A DNA stretch of 64,000 bases. Origin: Telmatospirillum sp. (GTDB lineage: Bacteria > Pseudomonadota > Alphaproteobacteria > Rhodospirillales > Magnetospirillaceae). How positions within the stretch are numbered: position 1 is the first letter of the stretch; the number at the start of each line of letters is the position of its first letter. The stretch lies in the NCBI GenBank assembly GCA_009712185.1, contig WASQ01000065.1, positions 41,235 through 105,234 of the forward strand, in the 5' to 3' direction. Both the position numbers and the translations under genes were made by a program. Under the pieces are notes generated by a model. That model searched no databases. It was given only the letters and a program-made list of their open reading frames with translations, and was not told the DNA's origin. Positions 8,923 through 17,150 of the stretch are shown one piece after another.

Positions 8923-10506
8923 TCAGCCGCGCGTCATGGTTCCATCCCAGGTGCTCACACGGGTGGGATGCTCGACACGCGAAAGCCAGGTGGTCGTGAC
9001 GTTCTTGGTTTCGGTGTAGAAGATGAAGCCGTCGCGGCCGATGCAGTGCAGGTCGCCGAAAAACGACTGCTTGTGCCCCGTGAAGCCGAACACTCCGACC
9101 GGAACGGGAATGCCCACATTGACCCCCACCATGCCGCCGTCGGTACGCCGGGCAAATTCGCGCGCGAAATGCCCGCTTTCGGTGAAGATCACGGACCCGT
9201 TCGCGAATCTGTTGGCGTTCATCACCGCGAGTCCTTCTTCGAACGAGTCCACGCGCTTCACGCACAGCACGGGCCCGAAGATTTCCTCCTGGCCGCAGGT
9301 CATCTCCGGCGTCACCCGGTCAAGGATGGTCGGGCCGACGAAGAATCCCTGCTCGCAGCCGGCCGGCAGCTTCGGATTGCGGCCGTCCAGCACCAGGGTC
9401 GCGCCCTCGGCCACGGCGGTGTCGATCCATCTGGTGACGAAGGCGCGGTGCCCGGCATTGACCACCGGCCCGAGGCTGGTTTCCTTGTCATAGGCCTTGC
9501 CGAGCGTCAGCTTGCCCGCCAGGTCCCTGATCCGGGCGACCAGGTCATCGGCAATCGCGTTCTCCACCACGATCGCCGCCAGCGCCATGCAACGTTCGCC
9601 GGCGCAGCCGCAGAACGAATTGATGATGCGCGCCGCGGTTGCGTCGATCACCGCGTCGCGAAGGACCAGGGCGTGGTTCTTCGCCTCGCACAGGGCCTGC
9701 ACCCGCTTGCCGTTACCGGCGGCGGTTCCGTAGACATGCTTGCCCACCTTGGTGGAGCCGACGAAGGTGACCCCCTTGATCGCCGGATGGCGCAGGAAGA
9801 TTTCCGCCTCATTGCGCGACGTGGTGATGATGTTCAGCACACCATCGGGCAGGCCGGCCTCCTGCCACAGCTCGGTGATGCGCATCGCGCATTGCGGCGC
9901 GTAGCTCGCCGCTTTCAGCACCATGCAATTACCGGTGACAAGACAGATCGGGGCCATCCAGCCCTGCGGAATCATGGCGGGGAAGTTCCAGGGCGCGATG
10001 CCGGCGAACACTCCCATGGGCTCGTTGTAGCGCACGGTGTCGTAGCCGCGCGAAACGTTCATCAGGCTTTCGCCCTTCATCAGATGCTGCGCCCCGCTGG
10101 CGTATTCGACGACTTCGATCACTTTGAGGATGTCGCCCTTCGCCTCGTCCCAGGTCTTGCCGTTTTCCAGGGCGCAGAGATGGGTCAGTTCGTCGAGATG
10201 CTGCTCGAGGAGCCCCTTCATACGGAACAGCACCTGCGCGCGCACCCCCACCGGGGTGTCGCGCCAGGCGGGAAAGGCCGCCTCGGCCGCGGCGATGGTT
10301 TCCGCGACCTCGGCCTCGGTGCATTGCGGCGCCAGCGCGATCACGGCACCGGTGGACGGGTCGTAACAGGGCATGTATGTCGCGGTGGCCGAGGCCTTCC
10401 ACGTGCCGCCGACGCCGTAGCGCAGTTTTTTAGGCACCTGCCCGCTGATCGGATCGGCCGGCTCGGAGGATTCGACGGCAAAATAGCGTGTGGACGAAGG
10501 GCTCAT
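8923..10506 (-). CDS. mmsA: CoA-acylating methylmalonate/malonate-semialdehyde dehydrogenase
   Basis: Aldehyde dehydrogenase fold with a catalytic-Cys region CGCAGERCMA and a C-terminal FTGHKQSFFGDLH block typical of MmsA/IolA. The ATG at 10506 is preceded by GAGGAG. Confidence 0.9.
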   Translation of the reverse strand: MSPSSTRYFAVESSEPADPISGQVPKKLRYGVGGTWKASATATYMPCYDPSTGAVIALAPQCTEAEVAETIAAAEAAFPAWRDTPVGVRAQVLFRMKGLLEQHLDELTHLCALENGKTWDEAKGDILKVIEVVEYASGAQHLMKGESLMNVSRGYDTVRYNEPMGVFAGIAPWNFPAMIPQGWMAPICLVTGNCMVLKAASYAPQCAMRITELWQEAGLPDGVLNIITTSRNEAEIFLRHPAIKGVTFVGSTKVGKHVYGTAAGNGKRVQALCEAKNHALVLRDAVIDATAARIINSFCGCAGERCMALAAIVVENAIADDLVARIRDLAGKLTLGKAYDKETSLGPVVNAGHRAFVTRWIDTAVAEGATLVLDGRNPKLPAGCEQGFFVGPTILDRVTPEMTCGQEEIFGPVLCVKRVDSFEEGLAVMNANRFANGSVIFTESGHFAREFARRTDGGMVGVNVGIPVPVGVFGFTGHKQSFFGDLHCIGRDGFIFYTETKNVTTTWLSRVEHPTRVSTWDGTMTRG

Positions 10507-10541
10507 GCGGATCTCCTCAATCACGAATAGGGAAGCGGACG

Positions 10542-11561
10542 TCACCCGCGGGCGACGGAATCGCCGTATCTGGCCTTTTCCGCTTTGATGAAGGATTGGA
10601 TGGCATCCACGGACGGCATGGCGTCGGCGCAACTGTGCGCCGCCACCAGCATCGAGGCGCTGGCCGAACCGAACTCCAGGGCGTCCAGGATGGTCCAGCC
10701 CTCCAGCAGGCCATAGAGCAATGCCGAGGCATAGCCATCGCCGCCGCCGAATCCCTTGGTGGCGTTCACCGGAAATGGCTTGATACGGAAATTCTGCCCA
10801 TCGGCGGTATAGGCGGTCGACCCCTCTTTGCCATGCTTGATGACAACGATCCGGTTGCCGGCGCCAAGCCAGCGGCCGGCGGTTTCAGCGTCGGACGACG
10901 GCGCGTCGACCATCAGGCGTTCCATCAGGTCGTATTCCTCGCGCGAGCCCAGCACCATCTGGCTGTTGCGCGCCGCCAACGAATAATAGAGGGCGATTTC
11001 GTCGGAATTCTTCCAGGTGTAGGAGCGGTAATCGATGTCGAAGACGATCGTGGTGCCGACCTTGCGCGCCAGCGCCATCGCCTTCAGCGCCGCCTCGCGC
11101 GAGGGGCTGGCGGCCAGCGCGGTACCGGAGATCACCAGCACCTTGGCGGCGGCGATATAGGCGACATCGATGTCCTCCACGTCGAGTTGGAGGTCGGCTG
11201 CCAGCGTGCGATACATCAGGATCGAGCTTTGGCCGGGCCCCAGGATCTCGGTGAAGGTGAGCCCGAGCGAGTGTCCCGCCGGCGCATCGGTGACATGGGA
11301 GATGTCGATCCCGTCGCGGGTGAAGAAGTCGCGGATGAACTGACCGAACGCGTCAGCCGAAACCTTCCCGATGAATCCGACCTTTTTGCCCAGGCGGGCG
11401 AGCCCGACGGCGATATTGGCCGGAGAACCGCCGAGATATTTCTTGAAGGTGTGGCAATCCTGCAAAGGCGCCGGGATGTCCACCGGGTTGAGGTCGATCG
11501 CCGCCCGTCCCAGGGGGATCACGTCGAACGGTCGCGCCGGGTCGAAAGTCAGATATGCCAT
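10542..11561 (-). CDS. iolC: PfkB sugar kinase, 5-dehydro-2-deoxygluconokinase (IolC)-like
   Basis: 339 aa with GRAAIDLNP, GGSPANIAVGLARLGKKVGFIG and an intact GFGGGDGYASALL motif. Confidence 0.8.
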   Translation of the reverse strand: MAYLTFDPARPFDVIPLGRAAIDLNPVDIPAPLQDCHTFKKYLGGSPANIAVGLARLGKKVGFIGKVSADAFGQFIRDFFTRDGIDISHVTDAPAGHSLGLTFTEILGPGQSSILMYRTLAADLQLDVEDIDVAYIAAAKVLVISGTALAASPSREAALKAMALARKVGTTIVFDIDYRSYTWKNSDEIALYYSLAARNSQMVLGSREEYDLMERLMVDAPSSDAETAGRWLGAGNRIVVIKHGKEGSTAYTADGQNFRIKPFPVNATKGFGGGDGYASALLYGLLEGWTILDALEFGSASASMLVAAHSCADAMPSVDAIQSFIKAEKARYGDSVARG

Positions 11562-11602
11562 GACGAACCTCCGGATTATCGTTTTGTCCCGGTCCAGGCA
11601 CG

Positions 11603-12433
11603 CTAGCCGGCGTTCATGGCCAGGATCTTTTCCCGTGCCATCGCCGTGACCGCCCGCATGCAGGGGCCATAGAATTTCAGCCGGTCGAACTCGCCCGGAT
11701 GGGCTTCCATCTCGGCGCGCAGGACGCGGCCGAATGCCACCCTGAGCGCCGTGCCGATGTTGATCTTGCGCGCACCATGGACAACCAGGCGATGGAGATC
11801 CTCGTCAGAAACGCCGGAGGCGCCGTGAATGACGGCGGGCGTGCGCAGCGTCGCCACCACCTTGTCCATCAGGGCGAAATCGATCCGGGCCACCCCTTCG
11901 GTCATGCGATGAACGGTGCCCACCGAAATGGCGAGAGCGTCTGGAGCGGTCTCCGCCTCGAAAGCCGCGGCGATTTCCGGCGTCGTGCGCTCGGCATGGG
12001 CGGCGGTGCCATCCGCATAGCCGACCGACCCCACCTCGGCCTCGACGCTGACCCCGCAGGCATGCGCGGCCCGGCAGACCTCCCGCGTCTGCGCGATATT
12101 CTGGGCGAGGGGCAGTTGCGATCCGTCGAACATGACCGAGGTGAATCCCGCCGTGACCGCCTGCATAACGGTGACGAAGTCAGTGGCGTGATCGAGATGC
12201 ACTACGACCGGCACGCGGGCTCTGCGCGCCATTTCGCAGAGCAGCGCGCCGATCACGGCGACGGGCATGTGAGAGAGCGCCAGCTTGTTGGCCATCAGGG
12301 CCACCGGAACATCCAGCTCCTCGGCGGCGGCGATGATTGCGGCAGCGTCCTCATAGCCAAACACATTGAAAGCGGCCAGCGCCTGACGGCGGTCCGGAAG
12401 AGGCGCCATGGCCTCGGTCAGCGTGACGAGCAT
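11603..12433 (-). CDS. class II ketose-bisphosphate aldolase family protein (IolJ / tagatose-bisphosphate aldolase-like)
   Basis: 276 aa counted from the ATG at 12433, which follows a GGAGGG RBS. Contains AAFNVFGYEDA, VVVHLDHATD and GFTSVMFDGS motifs of class II aldolases. Confidence 0.8.
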   Translation of the reverse strand: MLVTLTEAMAPLPDRRQALAAFNVFGYEDAAAIIAAAEELDVPVALMANKLALSHMPVAVIGALLCEMARRARVPVVVHLDHATDFVTVMQAVTAGFTSVMFDGSQLPLAQNIAQTREVCRAAHACGVSVEAEVGSVGYADGTAAHAERTTPEIAAAFEAETAPDALAISVGTVHRMTEGVARIDFALMDKVVATLRTPAVIHGASGVSDEDLHRLVVHGARKINIGTALRVAFGRVLRAEMEAHPGEFDRLKFYGPCMRAVTAMAREKILAMNAG

Positions 12434-12646
12434 CGGGTCCCTCCGATCGAAAGGACCGCCGGCAGGCCGGATAGGCCGCCGGCGGCAGGTAGACCGGAGA
12501 GAGGAACAAGGAACGCGCCGGAAGGCATGCTGCATCGACTCCCCGCCCCCTCCGGCCGGGCGCAGACCGCCTGGGCACCGGGGGACCTGGACATCGTATA
12601 TAGGCGGAAAACGGTCATGAGGCAAGCATTTTTGCACCATATTTTG

Positions 12647-12679
12647 GAGCAAATATGCTCATTTTGAGCTTATAAGCTC
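12647..12679. promoter_or_regulatory. two adjacent palindromes in the AT-rich divergent promoter region (candidate DeoR operator)
   Basis: GAGCAAATATGCTC at 12647-12660 has perfect 5-bp arms. GAGCTTATAAGCTC at 12666-12679 is a perfect 14-bp palindrome. Each is preceded by ATTTTG. Confidence 0.4.
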
Positions 12680-12860
12680 CTATTGTTTAGAAAAATTCGA
12701 GCAAACAAGATAATTCACAGGCAACATTTACGATTTTGACGCAGATATGTTCATATTTCGATCGATGAGAGTTGAAATGGATGAAAAATGTTCACAAGCG
12801 CCCTCCGAATTTGCTAGGAGAGGAGGGAGACAGGCGCCTTCAGGAATCGGACATAACGCC

Positions 12861-13640
12861 GTGAAACAAACAAGAATTCAGAGCATCAAGGCCTATATCG
12901 TCGCCAGCCGCACCGTGACCCTCGAACAGATCTGCGAAAAATTCCAGATTTCCAAAAGCACGCTCCGCCGTGACCTGGAAGAGATCATCGCCGATGGCGA
13001 CATCCGGAAATCATACGGCGTTCTCACCGCCCAGCCGGCGGCCCAGCAGCGCCCCTTCGAGGAACGCTATGTCGCCAACGCAGCCGCCAAACGCCGCATC
13101 GCGGAGCGCGCGGCGCAACTGGTGTCCGACAATGACATCATCTTCATCGATTCGGGCAGTACCACCATGTATATGCCCGACTATCTTCAGGACCGCTCCA
13201 ACATCACCATCATCACCAACAATCTCGAGGTGATCCGGCGCGCCTATCCGTTCCGCAATATTATGGTGATCACCATTTCCGGCATCCTCAACCGTGACCT
13301 CGACTCCTTCGCGGGCGCTTCGGCGGTCAGCGTTCTTGCGGGATACAACATCAATCGCGCCTTTATGGCCACGGCCGGCATCGCGCGCGACTTTTCCATC
13401 ACCAACTCCTTCGTCGCCGAAACCGATCTCAAGAAGATGGCGATGGCCCGCAGTCAGCGGAGGGTTCTGCTGGCCGATGCCGCCAAGTTCGGTGTTCTGT
13501 CGCTGTGCACCTATTGCCGGATGGAGGAGATCGACACGCTGGTGACGGACCGGGATCCGCCCGCCGAATATCTCATCCGCCTGCGCGAGGCGGGCAAGGA
13601 ACTGGTCGTCTGTCCACCGGCCCCCCATCCCGGAACGTGA
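12861..13640 (+). CDS. DeoR family transcriptional regulator
   Basis: HTH block LEQICEKFQISKSTLRRDLEEI is followed by a DeoR C-terminal sugar-binding domain (IFIDSGSTT). The GTG start at 12861 gives a typical length of about 259 aa. The ORF is open from 12747. Confidence 0.85.
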   Translation: MKQTRIQSIKAYIVASRTVTLEQICEKFQISKSTLRRDLEEIIADGDIRKSYGVLTAQPAAQQRPFEERYVANAAAKRRIAERAAQLVSDNDIIFIDSGSTTMYMPDYLQDRSNITIITNNLEVIRRAYPFRNIMVITISGILNRDLDSFAGASAVSVLAGYNINRAFMATAGIARDFSITNSFVAETDLKKMAMARSQRRVLLADAAKFGVLSLCTYCRMEEIDTLVTDRDPPAEYLIRLREAGKELVVCPPAPHPGT

Positions 13641-13716
13641 GACCGCTTGGGGACTCAGGCGTCGGGGTTGGATCACCGGAGCCGGTTTTTCCCGGACCTT
13701 GTGGAGGCCGCCCGCC

Positions 13717-15069
13717 TCAGGGCGCCGTCCCGGTTTCGGATGGCGGCGGCGGCCCCCCGGAGACGAACGTCGCCAGTCTCGCCACCTTTTCTTTCCGCCA
13801 CGCAGCGCCCGACCTCCGCGACCTCCGGCGTTCGTTCCGCCGGCCCCGGCCGCCCCGATGCCCCGGGATCAGCCGATCCACCGTCAGGCCGAAGAAACCT
13901 GCGGCCCCTCCGGCCAGCGTCGCCAGCCCCCCGGTACTGCCGCTGAAGGGAGACATCGACGGCCCCACCAGCGCCCCGGCGATCCGGGTCGCCGACCGTA
14001 CAAGACATATCGTGAAGACTCCCGCCCCGAGGAGCATCCAGTAGCCGCTGTCGGTCAAGGTCAGGGACAGACGACCGTCCTCCAGCGCGTCGACAAGACC
14101 GGTATGCGGCCGGGCGGCCGATCCTCCGTCGCCTCCAGGTCCGATCCCGTCCATGACGGCCACCGCCAGACCGGCCGCAATGGCGCCGCAAACCACTGTC
14201 ATGGCGGCCCGCGCGAGTCCGGCCAGCGCGCCCGAGACGATCTGGCGAACCGGCCCGAACAGGCTGGCCGCGAGACAGAGCGGCGACAGGGTGGCAATGA
14301 TCACCGTGCGCATCAATGCGTCCACGAAGAACAGAGGAAAGGAGAGGAAGCCGATAAAGTGGACCAGGGCAAGAAGGAGACCGGACAGGATCTGCAAAAG
14401 CCGGCCGCTCCAGGTCCAGATGCGCAGAAAATCGAGCCAGCCGTGCCAGCCGGCTCCGGAAACCATGGCGATTCCCGTCAGAATGCCCCGGGAAAAAACC
14501 TCCTGAAGCGCCGTCAGCGGGCACCGCATGGCGGTCAATGCCAAGCGGAGGTCATAACCATCTCCCCCGCCGACGGCGCAGAGTCCGGGCTTTGCCAGAA
14601 GAACCAGTTGCCCCGCCACCTCAGCACCGGCCCCCACAATCGGCGTCAGCAGATAGTCCCACACGGCGCCCCGGCTTTGGAGAAAGCCCAGAACGATCGC
14701 GAAAGCGGCAAGCTTGCGGGCGCCCTGATTGCCGAGACCGGACGACGCCGGTCCGAAGGGCAGCAGCATCCGGGCGGAGAGCAGCAGCAACCACAGCCCC
14801 ATAAACACCCCAAGAACGGCGGCCAGCGCGTCGCCTGTCCGGTCGAACAGGGCCTGTGCCATATCAAGCCCCTGCCCACCGACCTGCTCCAGCGTATCGC
14901 AGGCCCAGCAGGCGCCCGATAACCGGTCGCGAAGCCTTGCGACGACCGATGCCGGCTCTGACGCAAACGCCACGCCCGGCCCAGCGCAGGCCAGAAGGCC
15001 CCCCGACACGGCCGGAGGGATCGCCCGTCCCCGCAGCGCGCCGGGCCACCCTCCGTTTCCGGGCATCAC
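13717..15069 (-). CDS. polytopic membrane protein, TrbL/VirB6-like (tentative), paralog 2
   Basis: 450 aa. Signal-like N-terminus, CWACD motif, several hydrophobic helices, LSPLCLAASLFGPVR block and an Arg-rich tail. Its start overlaps the upstream stop (GTGATG/TGA at 15064-15069). Confidence 0.6.
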   Translation of the reverse strand: MMPGNGGWPGALRGRAIPPAVSGGLLACAGPGVAFASEPASVVARLRDRLSGACWACDTLEQVGGQGLDMAQALFDRTGDALAAVLGVFMGLWLLLLSARMLLPFGPASSGLGNQGARKLAAFAIVLGFLQSRGAVWDYLLTPIVGAGAEVAGQLVLLAKPGLCAVGGGDGYDLRLALTAMRCPLTALQEVFSRGILTGIAMVSGAGWHGWLDFLRIWTWSGRLLQILSGLLLALVHFIGFLSFPLFFVDALMRTVIIATLSPLCLAASLFGPVRQIVSGALAGLARAAMTVVCGAIAAGLAVAVMDGIGPGGDGGSAARPHTGLVDALEDGRLSLTLTDSGYWMLLGAGVFTICLVRSATRIAGALVGPSMSPFSGSTGGLATLAGGAAGFFGLTVDRLIPGHRGGRGRRNERRRSRRSGAAWRKEKVARLATFVSGGPPPPSETGTAP

Positions 15070-16487
15070 CGACCACGCCCGTCGGCGGTGGAATTTCCGG
15101 CCACGCGGGCCGCTCTCTCTCCGGCCGGGGATCCGCCGCGGCCTGAAGACGCCTCCGCCCCGCCGGCACCGCTCCCCCCGCCGCCGCCAGAACCTCCGCC
15201 GCCCGTTCCGCCTCCGTCGCTACGGCCGCCACCGCCGGAAAGCCGTCCGAGGGCATATCCGCCGAGGGACACCGCCCCGCCCGCCAAGGCCGCCACGCCG
15301 TCGCGAATGCCGGAAAAGTCACCGCCGCCGGACCCTGTGAACTCCGACGCCATATGGCCGGCCTGTCGCAGCATATAGATCAGGATCACCCCGATCCCGA
15401 GCAACTGATAGAACGCCATGGTGGTGAGATCGATATAAAAGGGCGTTCCATCCCGGGTATGCTGATCCTCCAGCATGCGGATCAGGGTGCTCCAGTCCTC
15501 GACCCTGGCCGGAACGCCGTTCAGGCTGAGATGCGAAAACACATAGGCCAGCGCCGCCTTGCCCAGGCCGCCGATGATGGACACAAAAACCAGCGTCAGG
15601 GCGGCATGCGCGACCTGCCACAGGGCCTTGTGCGCCAGACGACGGGTCGGTTCGAACAGCCATGCCGCGAGGGCCACCGGGGACAGGGCGGTCACAATGA
15701 CAAGCCGCATCACCACATCCAGCAGGAAGATCGGGAACATCACCAGCCCGAAAAAGTAAACGGCGATCAGGACCAGACCGCTGATGATGACGCAGATCAT
15801 CATGGCCCAATCGTTGCCGCGGGGGGCGCCCTGCACCTGGGCCACGCCGATCAGCATGCCCTTGCCGAACTGGCTCTGGATGGTCGCCAGCGGGCAGTTC
15901 ATCTGAGCCATGATCGCAATGGCGCCATCGGGATTGTCCCCGGGCACGGCCCCGCTGTCCCGGCAGGCCGCCGCCGTGGAACCGCCGCCCGGCCCCGTCT
16001 CCGAGGTGCCATTCCCGGTCTCATAGGGATCAGTCAGGGTGACCACGGCCTTCGAAAACCCCATCCCCGCGGACATGACCGGAATGAAGACATACCCCCA
16101 GACCGCCTGTCCGCTTTGCAGACAGGCCAGGACCAGCGCGAACTGAAAAAGACGCTTCGCCCCCTTGTTCCAAAGGGCGCCGACACCCCCTTCCGGCCCG
16201 AAGGGCAGAAACAGACCGGCCGCGAAAAACAGAATCCAGAGCGCCATCAACAGCCCGAGCAGGGTCGCGGTCGGACCGGCCAGTGTGTCGAACGCCTGCC
16301 CGGCGAAGCGCAGTCCGATGGAAATGATGGTGCCCAGAATGTCACAGGACCAGCATCCAGCGATCAGGCTGTTCGCCCATTCGAGGACGTCGCCCGCCAT
16401 GGCCGGCGCCGTTCCGGCAAGCCAGAAAACGAGGCCGGTGATCGCCACGGACGGAAGGCGGCGGCCGAACCGCCCGCCGGCCGTCAT
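15066..16487 (-). CDS. polytopic membrane protein, TrbL/VirB6-like (tentative), paralog 1
   Basis: 473 aa counted from the ATG at 16487 (ATGA overlap with the upstream ORF). Signal-like MTAGGRFGRRLPSVAITGLVFWLAGTAPAMA, CWSCD motif, LSPVALAAWLFEPTRRL...W block and a Gly-rich tail (GGGGSGGGGGSGAGG). Confidence 0.6.
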   Translation of the reverse strand: MTAGGRFGRRLPSVAITGLVFWLAGTAPAMAGDVLEWANSLIAGCWSCDILGTIISIGLRFAGQAFDTLAGPTATLLGLLMALWILFFAAGLFLPFGPEGGVGALWNKGAKRLFQFALVLACLQSGQAVWGYVFIPVMSAGMGFSKAVVTLTDPYETGNGTSETGPGGGSTAAACRDSGAVPGDNPDGAIAIMAQMNCPLATIQSQFGKGMLIGVAQVQGAPRGNDWAMMICVIISGLVLIAVYFFGLVMFPIFLLDVVMRLVIVTALSPVALAAWLFEPTRRLAHKALWQVAHAALTLVFVSIIGGLGKAALAYVFSHLSLNGVPARVEDWSTLIRMLEDQHTRDGTPFYIDLTTMAFYQLLGIGVILIYMLRQAGHMASEFTGSGGGDFSGIRDGVAALAGGAVSLGGYALGRLSGGGGRSDGGGTGGGGSGGGGGSGAGGAEASSGRGGSPAGERAARVAGNSTADGRGR

Positions 16488-16792
16488 CGCCGGGCCTTCC
16501 AGGCGGCGAAGGCGGCGCAGAGAAAGCCGGCCCCCGCCACAATCCACAACAGCGCATGCCAGGTCCGTCCGGAAAACCAGGCGCCGTGCCGCGCGAACGC
16601 ATCCCAACCGACGAGGCAGACCAGGGCGGACAGCACCGCCCATTGCGCCCGGGCCCCGCCGGGAAACCCGGGTAACGGCACCCGGCCGGAGGACCGGGGG
16701 GAATCGGGCGCGTCCATCCCCGAACATCCGGACTCCGAACGTCCGGATTCCGCACATCCGGACCCGGGCCGCCCCCCCGCCTCCGGCGTCAT
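16484..16792 (-). CDS. small membrane protein (two predicted helices)
   Basis: The ATG at 16792 overlaps the stop of the upstream ORF (ATGA), and its own stop overlaps the next start. The C-terminal half has two hydrophobic helices (WAVLSALVCLVGW and LLWIVAGAGFLCAAFAAW). An alternative start is at 16717. Confidence 0.5.
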   Translation of the reverse strand: MTPEAGGRPGSGCAESGRSESGCSGMDAPDSPRSSGRVPLPGFPGGARAQWAVLSALVCLVGWDAFARHGAWFSGRTWHALLWIVAGAGFLCAAFAAWKARR

Positions 16793-17028
16793 TGCCTGAG
16801 AATCCTGCTTGCGAACAATCGCAAAGACTGCTGCGTGACCAGCAGATCGCACTGGCCGCGGAAAACGGCCACGACCTCGAATTCGCCATGGTCGGACATT
16901 TCCGCGGTATGACGCAGGGCCGTCATATGGGGATCGCCGACGACCGGGTCGTAGGCGACAACGACGACCGTTGCCTCACCGGTGTCGTCGTCGCGACCGA
17001 CAATCGTCAAATAATCCCTGGCTGACAT
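16789..17028 (-). CDS. small soluble hypothetical protein (first gene of the cassette)
   Basis: 79 aa. GGAGG lies 6-7 nt upstream of the ATG at 17028. Third-position GC fits coding. I recognise no family. Confidence 0.5.
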   Translation of the reverse strand: MSARDYLTIVGRDDDTGEATVVVVAYDPVVGDPHMTALRHTAEMSDHGEFEVVAVFRGQCDLLVTQQSLRLFASRILRQ

Positions 17029-17118
17029 CGCGCGCCCCTCCGTCTCCTGGCGAGGCGGGCCGTCCCGGATGGGAGTCCCGCTCCCCGGAAGATACCCCTG
17101 TCACGCTGACGCCGCTAG

Positions 17119-17132
17119 ACGGAAATTTCCGT
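17119..17132. promoter_or_regulatory. perfect 14-bp palindrome in a divergent promoter region
   Basis: ACGGAAATTTCCGT lies 19 nt upstream of the transglycosylase ATG, within the 122-bp spacer between the divergent genes. Confidence 0.35.
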
Positions 17133-17150
17133 TTTGGATACAATTGTCAC

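Noticed and set aside
6834-10530. 721-aa and 569-aa plus-strand ORFs (6834-8999, 8821-10530)
   Set aside because: They are antisense to the PfkB/DUF2090 and mmsA genes, which have clear family motifs. Their sequences are low-complexity and Arg/Pro/Gly-rich.
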